NCBI GenBank assembly: GCA_963823665.1
Contig: CAWGMQ010000004.1
Location: 2,912,001-2,976,000 of the forward strand
Length of the DNA stretch: 64,000 bases
Direction of reading: 5' to 3'
Origin: an uncultured Planctomycetota bacterium
Lineage (GTDB): Bacteria; Planctomycetota; Planctomycetia; Isosphaerales; Isosphaeraceae
Positions 44,922-59,918 of the stretch are shown piece after piece. A model generated the notes under the pieces. It saw nothing but the letters and a program-made list of their open reading frames with translations, made no database searches and was not told the origin of the DNA. Each line of letters begins with the position of its first letter. Within the stretch, counting starts at the first letter, position 1. A program made the position numbers and the translations under genes.

Positions 44922-45036
44922 GAACATAAGATCGCGAAGGGCGCGAAGATTGAAGAGAATCCGAGGGTAGGCGAGGGACGCAATCGATCGGGCTCGGTAT
45001 TTGTGTATTCTTCGCGTCCTTCGCGCCCTTCTGTTC
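44922..45036. repeat. Inverted repeat with 9-bp periodicity downstream of GxxExxY
   Basis: GAACATAAGATCGCGAAGGGCGCGAAG / CTTCGCGTCCTTCGCGCCCTTCTGTTC. Confidence 0.75.
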
Positions 45037-45705
45037 CAAAATGGAATTCGGTTTTGCAAGTTGCCGCCCCGTTGAGCGCGCTCGGTGCGCTCGAGGCTGG
45101 TACCGACGACCAAGTCGGAATCTGACGCTAAGTGCTCCGTTGCATTTCGCTCAAAACGCCACGACCGGAACCAAAAAAGGCCCCCGCGGCAAACCCCGGC
45201 TTCCATGCGAAGCCAGCCGCATCCCCGGCGCGAGTCCCCGCGCCACGGAACGACGTACAAACATATCTAGATCTACTTTATAGTTGCCATTCTAAGCTTC
45301 TCCAGGATCATACCTTTGAAGGACTTGGTGTCAAGGCAAAAAGTTAAGAAGTCTGAAAATCTGCATCTTTTGAGTTTTCGATGCATTTTCGACGCAGCAA
45401 TAGTGAAGACCAGGGCCCAGCTCCCGAACAACTGGGATGCCTGGCGAAGATGTAACACGCCGCACAGATCGCGCCGCACCTGCCACCGCACCCGCCACGC
45501 TCCCTCCCCCGCGCTCTGACCCGATCGTTGTGCCCAGTCTTGTCGAACAAGGCCAGATCTCGTTCGAGTGGAATCTTAACAGAGGCTTCGGTTTCGGGTA
45601 ACTTCGGACAACCGCGCGACGGGATTCAGCGACGGCGGATCACCCATCAAGAGTTTGCCGGCATCTTCTTCACTACGGTTCCTCAGTCGCGATCGAAGTC
45701 TTGAG

Positions 45706-48286
45706 ATGACCCAGCACGACCTGACCGCACGGCTCCGTCCGTATCTTCCCGTGTTGCTCTTGCTCTTCGTGGGCAGCGGGTGCGCGGCGCTCATCTACGA
45801 GGTGGTCTGGCTCCAGCTTCTTCAGTTGGTCATCGGCTCGACTGCCCTATCGCTGGGTGTGCTGCTCGGGACGTTCATGGGCGGGATGTGTGCCGGCAGC
45901 TTGCTGTTGCCGCGAATTGTTTCGCTCCGGCGGCACCCCCTGAGGGTATATGCCCTTCTCGAACTCGGCTCAGCCGCCATCGGGTTGGCGGTCTTGTACG
46001 GCATGCCCTACGCCGAAGAGTTCTACACGCGGTACGCCGTGGCTGGGCGAGCGAGCATTGTGCTCCGCGCGGCCGTTGCGGGGGTTTGCCTGCTGCCGCC
46101 CACGCTGCTCTTTCGGCGCCACGCTGCCGGCGATTGCGCGCTGGGTTGACACCGGACCGGAGGGCGTGTCATGGCTGGGCTTTTTTTACGGCGGCAATAT
46201 CGCGGGGGCCGTGTTCGGCTGCCTGCTCGCAGGCTTCTACCTGCTGCGCGTGTACGACACGGCCACGGCTACCTATGTCGCGGCAGCGCTGAATCTCACG
46301 GTGGGCGGGCTCGCTTTGGCCGTGGCGGCCGCCTCGCCCCGGCACGAGCCGCCGGAGGGCACCGCGCCCGACGCGAGCCCACACGTCGCCGCAGCCACCT
46401 GGGCCGTGTATCTGACAATTGCTCTCTCCGGCATGTCGGCGCTCGGTGCGGAAGTGGTCTGGACGCGTCTGCTCTCGCTCTTGCTCGGCGGTACGGTCTA
46501 CACGTTTTCCTTGATCCTGGCCGTGTTCCTGGTCGGACTGGGCATCGGCAGCAGCCTGGGCGCGGTGGTGGCGCGATGCGCCCCGCCTGGTCCGCGCACT
46601 CTGGGTGCCTGCCAGTGGCTCCTGACAGCAGCCATCGCCTGGGCTGCGATCATGATTTCTCGGTCACTCCCGTACTGGCCCATTGTTCCCAACCTGTCTC
46701 CCGGACCGTGGTACAACTTCCAGGTCGACCTGGTGCGATGTCTCTGGGCCGTATTGCCGCCGGCGTGTCTGTGGGGAGCGAGCTTCCCGCTGGCGCTGGC
46801 GGCGGTTGCGACCCCCGGCCAGGACCCCGGACGGTTGGTCGCAGGGGTCTACGCGGCGAACACAATCGGCGGCATCGCCGGAGCGGTCGTGTTCAGTCTG
46901 CTGATCATTCCCGTCGTCGGCACGGCGGGCGCTGAGCGAGTGCTGATCGGGCTCGCCACGACGGCCGCGCTGGTGGCCCATTTCCCCTTGTTCTTCGCCG
47001 CGCCCGGGCCGTTGCGGTGGCGCATCGCGGCGACGCTCGCAACCGGGACGGGAGCTGCCGCTTTCCTCGCCGTGTGCGTGACACCCATACCGTGGACGAC
47101 CGTTGCGTTCGGCCGCGGGTCGGCATCGTGGCTCGGAAAATCGGCGCCCGGCATTGTCAAGAAAGCTCGCATCGGGCCCGGCAACCCGGAGGTCTATTGC
47201 ACCTACGTTGGCGAAGGGACCAATGTCTCGGTCGCCGTCACCGTGAACCAGCAAGGTGTGCGAAGCTTCCACGGCGCCGGCAAAATCCAGGCATCCACCC
47301 TCGCCGAAGACATGCGACTTCAGCGCATGCTGGGCCATATCCCTGCGCTGGTGCACCCGCAACCGCGCTCCGTGCTAGTCGTCGCCTGCGGCGCGGGCAT
47401 TACCGCCGGCACGTTCGTCGTGCACCCAGACGTCAAACGCATCGTCATCTGCGATATTGAACCGCTCGTGCCTACCGTGGTGACGCCGATGTTCGGCAAG
47501 GAGAACTACAACATTGTCGACGGCATCGCGCGAGAAAACCCCCACACGGTCAGCGGCAAGCAAGTCGAGGTGATTTTTGACGACGGCCGGCACTTCTTGA
47601 GCACCACGCGCGAGAAGTTCGACATCATCACGTCAGACCCGATCGACCCCTGGGTCAAGGGGTGCGCCGTGCTCAATACGGTGGAATACTACCAGATGTG
47701 CCGCGATCACCTGAACCCGGGTGGCATCGTCTGCCTGTGGGTTCCGCTGTACGAGACCAGCCTCGAGGCCACCAAGAGCCTGATCGCCACCTTCTTCAAA
47801 GTCTTTCCGGATGGCAGCCTGTGGAAGAACGATCGCGACGGTTTCGGCTATGACGCCATTCTGTTCGGCCAGGTCGGGCCGACCGTGATCGACGTCGACG
47901 GGCTGGAGCGGCGGCTGGAACGTCCGGACCATCGGCTCGTGTTGCAATCGCTCCGCGAGGTGGGCTTCGGCTTTCCCGACACGGGAACCAGCGGAGTGGA
48001 CGTGCCGGACGAAGCGATCGACCTGCTCGCCACCTACGCCGGCCTGGGGGCTTCGCTCCGAGAATGGGCGCGGGGCGCGCAGATCAATACCGACCGTAAC
48101 TTGCGGCTTCAGTATCTTGCCGGCTTGGGGTTAAACTCCCAGTTGAGCGAGGCGATCCTGTCCACGATCCTTGCCCACTACAGCTTCCCCGACCGGCTCT
48201 TCGTTGGCTCGCCCGAGCGTATCCAGGCCCTCGAAATGCTGCTCGACTCGCGGAATAACTGGCGCAAGTCAGCCTTTCCGGAATGA
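45706..48286 (+). CDS. Fused membrane domain/spermidine synthase-like protein (frameshift ~46115)
   Basis: SGCAALIYEVVW, AEVVWTRLL, GASFP, YAANTIG; VLVVACGAGIT, DDGRHFL, FDIITSDP. Confidence 0.88.
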
Positions 48287-48357
48287 AACTGTCCGGACTC
48301 GTTCGCTAACTACCAGGTGATCCCGCACCCGCGCGGGGCTGGGGGGCCATAAGTAGG

Positions 48358-49447
48358 TCAGGCTTTAGCCTGACGATTCAACCCGCATCCGCGCGGTTGC
48401 ACTGGCCGCCGCGAAGGGGCAGGGCAGCAAGTCTCGGGGCAGACGTCATGACCGGGACCGAATTGACCAATCGCGGCCCGCGACCGTTCTGGCACCGGGG
48501 CGATCCGCTCCTGCACAAGCATGCGCAACATCTGCACGAAACGTGGATGGGTTCCCACCGTCCGGCTTCGGACCATCTCGATGCCGAGCTCCTCACAGAG
48601 GGCCTTTGCCTCCACATCCAGGTCGTAGAGAACTTCGAGATGATCGGATAGAAACCCGATGGGGTGGATCAACACGCGAGCGGCGTCGCGGCGCTTCAAT
48701 TCTCCAAGTTGATCGAGGATGTCGGGACCGAGCCACGGATCTTCGGGGCGCCCGCTCCGGCTCTGGTAGACGGAAGCCCATCGCTCCGGCGCGATCCCCG
48801 CGCATTCCGCCACGAGACGGCATGTTTCCTGAATCTGCTGCGCGTAATCACACGTCTGCGCCATTGAAACTGGGATGCTGTGTGCGGTGAATACGACTTG
48901 GGGCTCGCGGGTGTCGTCTCGCCCGGAGAATCGATCGAATGCTTCTCGTACGCGCTCGGCATTTGCAGCGATGAACTCGGGATGGTTAAAGAAGGCTCGG
49001 ACCTTATCGACCATCGGTGCGTTTTCACCCGAGGCGGCCCGCGCGTTCTCGATGTCCTCGCGATACTGGCGGCAGCTTGAATACGAGCTGTACGCCGCCA
49101 GCACGATTGCCAGCGCACGCTTGACGCCGTCTCGGGTCATCTGCACCAGCGTGTCAGCGAGCATCGGATGCCAGTTTCGATTGCCCCAGTAAATCGGCAG
49201 CGAGCTCGCGCGCTCGCGCGAGCTCGGGCTCGAGCGCAGCGATCAAGTCGCGAACCTGGGCGTTCAACGGGCTTGCCCCGCCGAAGTGGTGATAATGTTC
49301 GGCGACTGCCAGCAGTCGTTCTCGCGGGACACCCCGGCCGCGAGTGACGTTTTCCAGGAAAGGGATCACATCGTCTGGCTTCTCGGGACCGCCGAAGCCG
49401 ACGACGAGGATCGCGTCGTAAATGATCGAGGACTCGCGATCAGGCAT
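48358..49447 (-). CDS. hemH: Ferrochelatase (frameshift ~49205)
   Basis: [51 protein letters not shown]. Confidence 0.92.
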
Positions 49448-49507
49448 TGCGGGTGGTTGTCCCACAATCGGAATTGGCGCAGGACCCAGTCGGCGAGCGC
49501 CGCGGAG

Positions 49508-50755
49508 TCACCACGCGCGTTCCAGTATATCTTCCATGTCGGCCTGGCTACACGGCCGTGGGTTGGTTGCGTGGCAGTGGTCAAGCATGGCGAGACGGGC
49601 GTATTCGGCAATCCGGTCACTCTTGAGCCCGTCGAGCTGCCCGAGGCGTCGCGGGATGGGCAATCGCGCGAGCACGAGCTCGGTGAGCGTGATCAGGTGC
49701 CCGGCGGCATCGCCCGCGCGCCCCAACCCGAGCCGTCCGCCCAGATCGGCCATCCGAGCGGCCGCGGCCTCCCGGTTGAACCGGAGAGCATGAGGCAAGA
49801 GGATCGCGTTGAGCGTGCCGTGATGCGCCCGCCCCGTCGCGCCCAGAGCGTGCGACAGCGCGTGCACGACGCCAAGACCCTTGTGAAAGCTGATCCCGCC
49901 CAGCAGTGCGCCCATCATCATTGCCGTGCGGGCGTCGATGTTGGCCGGGTCGCGGACAGCGGTTTCCAGGCCTTTGGATATATACTTGAGCCCTTCGACC
50001 GCGATGCCGTCGCAAATCGGGTGGAACGTGGTCGAAAGGTAGCTTTCGACGCAGTGGGTGAACGCGTCCATGCCCGTTCCCGCCGTCAGCACCGGTGAGA
50101 GACCGGTGGTCAGCTCGGGGTCGCAGATCGCCACGCTTGGCAGCAAGAACTGGCTCAGGACTGCCGTCTTGCGACCGGTTTCTTGAAGCTGGATCAACGT
50201 TCCCCGGCCGACTTCGCTGCCTGTCCCGGCTGTGGTGGGCACAGCCGCCATGGGAGGAAGCGAAGCTGTGATCTTCTCCTGACCGCCGCGCGTGAGGTCA
50301 AAATCGGCAAGCCGGCCGTGATGTGTGACGAGCAGCCTGATCGCCTTGGCGGCATCGATCGCGCTGCCACCGCCGATGGCCACCAGGCCGTCGCAGCCTC
50401 CGGCGCGATAGCTCTCCAGGCCGGCAAGCACATCGTCCTCGGTCGGATTTGCCGCCACGTCGCGGAAGAAATTGGCCTGCTTGGAGAGCGGGCCGGCGAC
50501 CATCGTCGCCAGGCCATTCGACATCAGCCCGGGATCGGTCACCACCAGCGGCCGCGTCATCCCGAGCCGCGCCGTCTCGAAAGCAAGTAGCTTGCGGGCG
50601 CCCCAGCTAAACAAGATGCGATTCGGAAAAGTGAATGTCGCGACCGCCTGCGCCGCTGGCGAGGAAATATCCTCGAGCGCCGTGGAGCGCATGGGTGCCC
50701 GAGACTCGTGGACTTTCTGCACGGCGATTGTCATCGAACTGGCCGGTGTCGCCAC
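49508..50755 (-). CDS. Iron-containing alcohol dehydrogenase
   Basis: GGGSAIDAAK, PTTAGTGSE, DAFTHCVE, HALSH, HG. Confidence 0.92.
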   Translation of the reverse strand: MATPASSMTIAVQKVHESRAPMRSTALEDISSPAAQAVATFTFPNRILFSWGARKLLAFETARLGMTRPLVVTDPGLMSNGLATMVAGPLSKQANFFRDVAANPTEDDVLAGLESYRAGGCDGLVAIGGGSAIDAAKAIRLLVTHHGRLADFDLTRGGQEKITASLPPMAAVPTTAGTGSEVGRGTLIQLQETGRKTAVLSQFLLPSVAICDPELTTGLSPVLTAGTGMDAFTHCVESYLSTTFHPICDGIAVEGLKYISKGLETAVRDPANIDARTAMMMGALLGGISFHKGLGVVHALSHALGATGRAHHGTLNAILLPHALRFNREAAAARMADLGGRLGLGRAGDAAGHLITLTELVLARLPIPRRLGQLDGLKSDRIAEYARLAMLDHCHATNPRPCSQADMEDILERAW

Positions 50756-50838
50756 CGGCGCTCTCCAGCAACCATGGTGAAAGTGCTATGCCGAATCGTG
50801 AAAATGCTGTGCCGAGTCCCGCCTCTGAAGGTAATGAT

Positions 50839-51162
50839 TCAAATCAGCATGGCGATCGCTTGTTCCATCTCGGCTGCCGCATGAAAGTCACCGGCAGCGC
50901 GAGCCTTGGCGATTCCCGTCATGAGAATGCGTCTTGCAGCCTCGGTCTCGCCCAAATCCGCGTACGATTGACCGAGCTGCTGGTAAGCAGCAACCTGGTC
51001 ATCGGGCCGATCAGCGATCAGCTCCGCAAGCCGCTGGCGCCCTTCTTCGATATCACCTTCGCGCAGGCACTGCATCGCCAGGCCATAACGAAGGAACGCA
51101 TCAGCCGGATCTTCCGCCAAGCTCTTTTCCAGCATCAACCTTCGCTTTGACTTCTCAGCCAT
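50839..51162 (-). CDS. Small TPR protein
   Basis: DPADAFLRYGLAM, AYQQLGQ..LGETEAAR. Confidence 0.8.
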   Translation of the reverse strand: MAEKSKRRLMLEKSLAEDPADAFLRYGLAMQCLREGDIEEGRQRLAELIADRPDDQVAAYQQLGQSYADLGETEAARRILMTGIAKARAAGDFHAAAEMEQAIAMLI

Positions 51163-51709
51163 CGAGACCCTGATTGAGTCGAATTCGCAAGCACCTCGAC
51201 CAGCCCACGCACGCCGCCCAACTCGCTCCCCTAAAGAATTCACCGAGCTCGACCGGAAAACTCCGGCCAACCCGGAGCCGCACCCAATCTCCACCTACTG
51301 TCCCACAGAACTGAATCTACTGGCCTCCGCGTGCGACTGTCAATGCAATCTTGCTTATCCGAAGTACTCGCGCCCGTCTGTGATCGTGACAGTCCGCCCT
51401 GCAATTGTCCCGGATGCGATGGGTTTGAATCATCTTCGTCGTCGCGTGCGCTACGTGACGCCCCATGTTTCGCGCACCATTCCGTGTCACGTAGTTTAGG
51501 GAGAATAGCGAGGGTCTATGGATAATTACGAAATCAGGGAAAGCTAGGGGAGATCGAGGTGAGTGGGCTCAAGCTGGGAAACGGGGTAAACCGATCCAAA
51601 ACCAAGCCGAATGACAGTGCGTCCGGCACTCTTGCCGGGCAGCAGAGATCCGGCACTCAGGCCGGACGGAAGTAGTCGGCGGGAATCTGGTCGACTTTGA
51701 GAATAGCCC

Positions 51710-53155
51710 GTGCCCATCGCAAAGAGGACGAGCGCCGTGCCAACGAAGTCGAAGAGTCGGAGAGAGGGAGTGCTCGGGATAATTGCGATCAATCTGACGG
51801 CGGTGATCTGTCTCGCCGGACCGCTGGCGGTGTGCGTGCGCGGCGGCAGCGACTCGCGGCGGACCGCGGTGGTCGATGCCGTCGAGAAGGTGCACAAAGC
51901 CGTCGTCAGCATCGCGAGCGAGAAGAAGGCGGGGTCTCACAGCCGCTGGCCTTTTTCGGCGGAGGAGAGCCAGGGGCCGCTGGTCAGCGGAATGGGGAGC
52001 GGCGTCTTGATTGACGGGCGTGGCTACATCCTGACGAACCATCACGTCGTCGACCACGTTCAGGGCATCGTGGTTCAGTTGTTCGACGGCACATCGTACG
52101 CGGCGCGGGTGCTTCAATTTGATCCAGTGATGGATCTTGCGATTATCAAGATCGATCCCGAGCACTCGCTTGCGGCGATCAAGGTTGGCACCTCGTCGGA
52201 TTTGATGGTGGGTGAGACCGTGATCACGATCGGCAACGCTTACGGCTACGAGAACACGGTTTCCGTGGGCATCGTCAGTGCTCTTCATCGCGATGTGACC
52301 CTCTCTGACGACCAGGTGTATCGAAACTTGATCCAGACAGATGCCTGCATCAACCCGGGCAATTCGGGTGGGCCGCTCATCAACGTCGATGGTGAGTTGA
52401 TCGGGATCAACGTGGCGGTTCGTGCGGGGGCGCAGGGCATCGGCTTTGCGCTGCCGATCGACGAAGTGAAGCTGGTGGCGACGGAGATGATCAGCACGCG
52501 ACGGCTGGTGTCGGCCTGGCACGGGCTGGTTTCAAGCGAGCAATGGAGCGGTGCGAAGCGCCGGGTGGTGGTTTCCGAGGTCCAACCTGGAAGCCCCGCT
52601 GAATCGGCCGGCTTCAAGTCCGGGGATGAGCTGGTTCGGGTGGGCGACCTGGCCGTCGCCAACAGCCTGGATCTCGAACGTGGCATGCTCGACGTGCGTC
52701 CCGGCCGTCCGGCGCTGGTGGCGATTCGCCGCGGCAAGATCGAGACGAGCATCCCGCTGGATGTTCGGGTGGCGCCGCCTGCAGTTGCGAATGCCGGGAC
52801 AGTCGATGCCGATGAAGCCGTCTGGCGCCTGCTGGGGATCAAGACCCAGCCGGTTGCGCCGGACTACGTGGCGTCGGTTTCTCCCAAGCTTCGCGGCGGG
52901 CTGTACATTCAGTCGGTCTCACCCGGAAGCCTTGCGGCGGGGGCAGCGATCCAGCAAGGCGACATCCTGGTGGGCATGAATGTCGGGACGCGGCACTGGG
53001 AAACGATCCGGGCGGACAATATCCTCTACGTGCTTCGCCAGCCGGAGATGTCCAAGGCGAAGAGCGCGCTGCTCTACGTCGTCCGGCGCAACGGACTTCA
53101 GCCGCGCCGGATCAGCTTCGCAGATTCGGCTCTGCACTCGAACCTGGGGCGATGA
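51710..53155 (+). CDS. HtrA/DegP-like trypsin protease with PDZ domains
   Basis: GSGV, TNHHVV, DLAII, QTDACINPGNSGGPL; two PDZ-like regions. Confidence 0.92.
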   Translation: MPIAKRTSAVPTKSKSRREGVLGIIAINLTAVICLAGPLAVCVRGGSDSRRTAVVDAVEKVHKAVVSIASEKKAGSHSRWPFSAEESQGPLVSGMGSGVLIDGRGYILTNHHVVDHVQGIVVQLFDGTSYAARVLQFDPVMDLAIIKIDPEHSLAAIKVGTSSDLMVGETVITIGNAYGYENTVSVGIVSALHRDVTLSDDQVYRNLIQTDACINPGNSGGPLINVDGELIGINVAVRAGAQGIGFALPIDEVKLVATEMISTRRLVSAWHGLVSSEQWSGAKRRVVVSEVQPGSPAESAGFKSGDELVRVGDLAVANSLDLERGMLDVRPGRPALVAIRRGKIETSIPLDVRVAPPAVANAGTVDADEAVWRLLGIKTQPVAPDYVASVSPKLRGGLYIQSVSPGSLAAGAAIQQGDILVGMNVGTRHWETIRADNILYVLRQPEMSKAKSALLYVVRRNGLQPRRISFADSALHSNLGR

Positions 53156-53376
53156 CGTCCCACCTTTGCGGCCGCAGCCGTTCGCCAGAAGGCAGCCGCT
53201 CGCTGGACCGTTGCTACGACCTGGTGCGGCCTGCCAGAAAGAACCGGCATCGACAGAAGCGATCGCAGGCGATAGCTTCTTTATCTGCGCTTGTGAGCAT
53301 CGTTGCTCTTTGAGCAAGTAAGGCCCGGTGCGATTGCTTTGAAGGTGACCGCAAACCCGCGAGACAGGAGCCTTTG

Positions 53377-53997
53377 ATGGAGGACGACCTCCCTCAGGAA
53401 CCTGAGGAAGATCGGCCGGGGCGGGAAGTGATCGTCATGCTCGCCGTGTTTTTCGAGGCGGGGCTGGCGCCGTTGTCGCTGCTTCTGGGCTGGCTGTTCG
53501 GGCATCCGCCGCTGGAACAGTTCGCGTGGAAGTCGGAGGACGCACTGATTGGCTTCCTCGCAACCGTTCCGCTGGTGCTGATGTTTCTGGCGATGCTGCG
53601 GTGGCCCGTCGGGCCGCTCGCTCGGGTCAAGAAGTTCTGCGACCACGAAGTCGTTCCGCTGCTCAACGATTGTTCCTGGTCGGAAATCGCGCTGATCTCT
53701 CTGTCGGCAGGCGTCGGCGAGGAGATGCTTTTTCGCGGTGTGATTCAGACCTCGATCGCGAGCTGGCTCGGTGTGGCATGGGGTTTGGTGCTGGCGAGCC
53801 TGCTCTTCGGACTGTTTCATCCGATCTCGCTCACTTACATGATCATCGCGTCAATACTGGGTGTCTATCTGGGCTCGGTCTTCTTCGCCAACGGGAACTT
53901 GCTCACCTCCATGGTCGTCCACGCAATTTACGACTTCGCCGCGCTCGGTTATTTGCTACGCATTCGGCCAGCGCTTGAGAAGACGGACGACTCATAG
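53377..53997 (+). CDS. CPBP/Abi family intramembrane metalloprotease
   Basis: GEEMLFRG, FGLFH, HAIYD. Confidence 0.9.
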   Translation: MEDDLPQEPEEDRPGREVIVMLAVFFEAGLAPLSLLLGWLFGHPPLEQFAWKSEDALIGFLATVPLVLMFLAMLRWPVGPLARVKKFCDHEVVPLLNDCSWSEIALISLSAGVGEEMLFRGVIQTSIASWLGVAWGLVLASLLFGLFHPISLTYMIIASILGVYLGSVFFANGNLLTSMVVHAIYDFAALGYLLRIRPALEKTDDS

Positions 53998-54070
53998 TGA
54001 TTTTGCCTCCCAGGGCGGCTATGCTTGAGCCCTGACTCGAACGGATTCTCATTCGCGAAAGGAGCAGAGA

Positions 54071-55045
54071 ATGTCGGACGCGGCATACCGGATGCCACGC
54101 GGGCAGTCGAGCAATCGCGCGGCTACACAGGCAGGCTGGATCAAGACGACGGTTCTCGTGTTCGTGCTCGCCCTCGTGAGCAGCGCAGCCGGCCTTTGCC
54201 GGGCGCAGGGCCAGGAGACCTTGAGCTGGAAGTTCCGGGAAGGCGACGTTCTCAGATACACGACCGAGCAGACGACGATGCTGAGCTTCAAGGCGATGGG
54301 GAAGGAGAGGAAGCAGAAACGCGCCCAGGGCGTGACTTACACGTGGTCGATCAAAGGAGTTTCGCCGGAGGGAGTCGCCGACATTACCCAGCGGATCGAA
54401 CGAGTGACGATGAAGATCGAGGCGCCCCCATATATGGCGTTTGAGTACGACTCGAACGCGCCTGCCACCGACGTTCCAGAGCCGTTTGAAGGCGAGGTCC
54501 AGCAGTCGAAGGCAGCGCTGGGTGGCGAATTCTCTTTCAAAATGAAACCCAGCGGTGAAATTGAGAGCATCAAGTTCCCCGACGCGACACTCAAGAAGCT
54601 GCGCGAAGGCTTGTCGCAAGAGGGAGGCGAGCGGGAAGAGTTTTCGGAGGAGCGCCTCAAGGATTCTGTAACCCAGCAGAGCCCCCCTGCATTTCCTGGC
54701 GGCCCGCTCGAGCCCGGCAAGAGCTGGGCCAGCAAGCCAACCCGGATCGTTCTCCCGCTGGGAACGATCGTCCTGGAGCGTTCATACACGTTCCAGGGCC
54801 CTGATCCCAAGGATCCGAACCTGATGCAGATCACCATGGAAGGCCGGGTGAGCCTCGAGCCCGCAGCCAATGTGGCAGCCAAGATCCGGGCTCAGGAGGG
54901 AAAGGGAACCCTGACCTTCGACAAACAGGGGGGCCGCTTGATCAGCAGCCGCGGTACTCAAAAGACCGAGATGGTCATTGTTGCGCAGGGGCAGGAGGGC
55001 GACCAGACGACCGACACGACCTCGGTCATGACCCTCGTCCCGTGA
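54071..55045 (+). CDS. Exported beta-rich hypothetical protein (DUF6263-like)
   Basis: Signal-like segment; LSWKFREGDVLRY, EYDS, PGKSW. Confidence 0.65.
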   Translation: MSDAAYRMPRGQSSNRAATQAGWIKTTVLVFVLALVSSAAGLCRAQGQETLSWKFREGDVLRYTTEQTTMLSFKAMGKERKQKRAQGVTYTWSIKGVSPEGVADITQRIERVTMKIEAPPYMAFEYDSNAPATDVPEPFEGEVQQSKAALGGEFSFKMKPSGEIESIKFPDATLKKLREGLSQEGGEREEFSEERLKDSVTQQSPPAFPGGPLEPGKSWASKPTRIVLPLGTIVLERSYTFQGPDPKDPNLMQITMEGRVSLEPAANVAAKIRAQEGKGTLTFDKQGGRLISSRGTQKTEMVIVAQGQEGDQTTDTTSVMTLVP

Positions 55046-55049
55046 GGCC

Positions 55050-58220
<3,171 letters not shown>

Positions 58221-58654
58221 GATGTCGTCACACAGGTGTCAATCGCCGAACGGAACGTCGCTGGCTGACGCGCGGTCGTCCCGCGCGGAGGCAGGGTTCC
58301 AGGTCCACTCTACCCTAACAGTTCGGCGCCGAGACGCAAGCAATTCGTTAACGAAAAACGAATAAGCGGCGCCGATGAGGCCCCACAACAGCACTCCGCG
58401 CTGATTTTTATTCAGACTATGCAGATTACTCAATCATTCGCGTCCGAGGGCGACTCAGTGGGCAGGTCCGAGCGTGATCCGAGGCGATTCGATAAATTGG
58501 TAAAAATAAAGAGAATGATAACGCGCGGTCTGATCCCGTTGTAACCTCGCTCACCCATTTCGGCGCCGAAATTTCGACGTACGTGGCGAGTAACCGGCAT
58601 GGCTGCTCTTCCTTCGCGAGCGAATTCAGGCGTTTGCGACGTGCTTTTTTCGCT

Positions 58655-58670
58655 AGGCACGGCACGTGCT
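58655..58670 (+). promoter_or_regulatory. Sigma-54 (-24/-12) promoter
   Basis: AGGCACGGCACGTGCT fits GG-N10-GC; divergent from the bEBP gene. Confidence 0.65.
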
Positions 58671-58821
58671 TTACCCCTCTTCCGCCTATCGGATGATCCG
58701 CGCAGCAACGGCGACTGAACTTGCTGCGGTTTGGGGTCGATCCGGCGGATTGTCAGGTGATTGCTTCTGTGCGGGTGCACCGAGCCGTTTTCGAAGGAAC
58801 CGGCTCATTCGAGGAAACAAC

Positions 58822-59697
58822 ATGCGGCTTTCGTCGAGGTGGCGTGACAAGTGTTTGATGGATTCGGAAGGGATTGATGGTCTCCGGATTCAGGCGTATG
58901 GGATCGGCGGGGAGGTCGTCGATGTTGTGCGACTGGGGCGCGGCGAGCCGCTGGTGGTGATCCCGGGTTTGGCGGGTGGGTGGAAGTTAGTCTGGCCGCT
59001 CTTGCGTAGCCTCGGCCGGCACTTCCACGTCATCTCGTTTGGATTGCGCGGCGATGACCGTGGGTCGGATGTGCCGTCCGGCCATCCGGCCGCGTCACAC
59101 GGAATTGGTGACTATGCGCAAGATGTCATTCGACTGATCGATCAGCTTGGCCTGGAGGCGCCGGCGGTTTTTGGTGTTTCGTTTGGAGGGGCGATTGCGC
59201 TCGAGTTAGCGGCGGAACATCCTGACCGGCTGGGCGCGCTGGTCGTTCATGGAGTGGAGGCGACGTTTCGTCCCTCGATCGGCTCGAAGATTGCGCGGCG
59301 GGTGCTCGAGCGGTTTCCGCTGCCGAGCGACAGCCGGTTTATCAACCAGTTCTTCCATCTGCTCTTCGGGCGCAAGCCGGAGCCGGGGCCGCTCTTGGAG
59401 TTCGTGATCGATCGCATCTGGGAGACTGGCCAGACAACGATGGCGGAGCGATTGGCGGCGCTTGAGTCGTTCAACATATCGGACCGTCTCTGGAGTATCG
59501 GTGCACCGACTCTGGTGCTAGCGGGTGCCCGCGACGTGATCGTGCCTGCGCCGCGCCAGCGCGCGCTGGCGCGAGAGATAACCGGCGCTCGGTTGGGAAT
59601 GATCGAGGAGGCCGGGCACATCGGCTTCCTGACGCACAGGGCCGAGGTCGTTCGCTGCGTGCGCACGCACATGAGGAAGGCGAGCGCGGTCGTTTGA
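58822..59697 (+). CDS. Alpha/beta hydrolase
   Basis: IPGLAGG, GVSFGG, GARD, AGH triad motifs. Confidence 0.88.
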   Translation: MRLSSRWRDKCLMDSEGIDGLRIQAYGIGGEVVDVVRLGRGEPLVVIPGLAGGWKLVWPLLRSLGRHFHVISFGLRGDDRGSDVPSGHPAASHGIGDYAQDVIRLIDQLGLEAPAVFGVSFGGAIALELAAEHPDRLGALVVHGVEATFRPSIGSKIARRVLERFPLPSDSRFINQFFHLLFGRKPEPGPLLEFVIDRIWETGQTTMAERLAALESFNISDRLWSIGAPTLVLAGARDVIVPAPRQRALAREITGARLGMIEEAGHIGFLTHRAEVVRCVRTHMRKASAVV

Positions 59698-59744
59698 TCA
59701 GTTGTTCAGCGGCCGAGCGCTCTACCGGGGGAGGAAAATCGCTC

Positions 59745-59773
59745 TTGACCCTTTGAGCGAGGATCATTAGAGT
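59745..59773 (+). promoter_or_regulatory. Sigma70-like promoter
   Basis: TTGACC-N17-TAGAGT. Confidence 0.45.
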
Positions 59774-59918
59774 CCCCGCCGGCTAACCGGTCTCGCGGGA
59801 TCGCTGGCCGTTCGTCTCACAGGGAAGTGGGCGAATGGGGTGTGACGCATTTGACGCGGCTCGGTTCTCGGGCCGCGTCCGGGGGTTCTCCCCGACCGCT
59901 GCGCAAGGAGGCTCTTTC

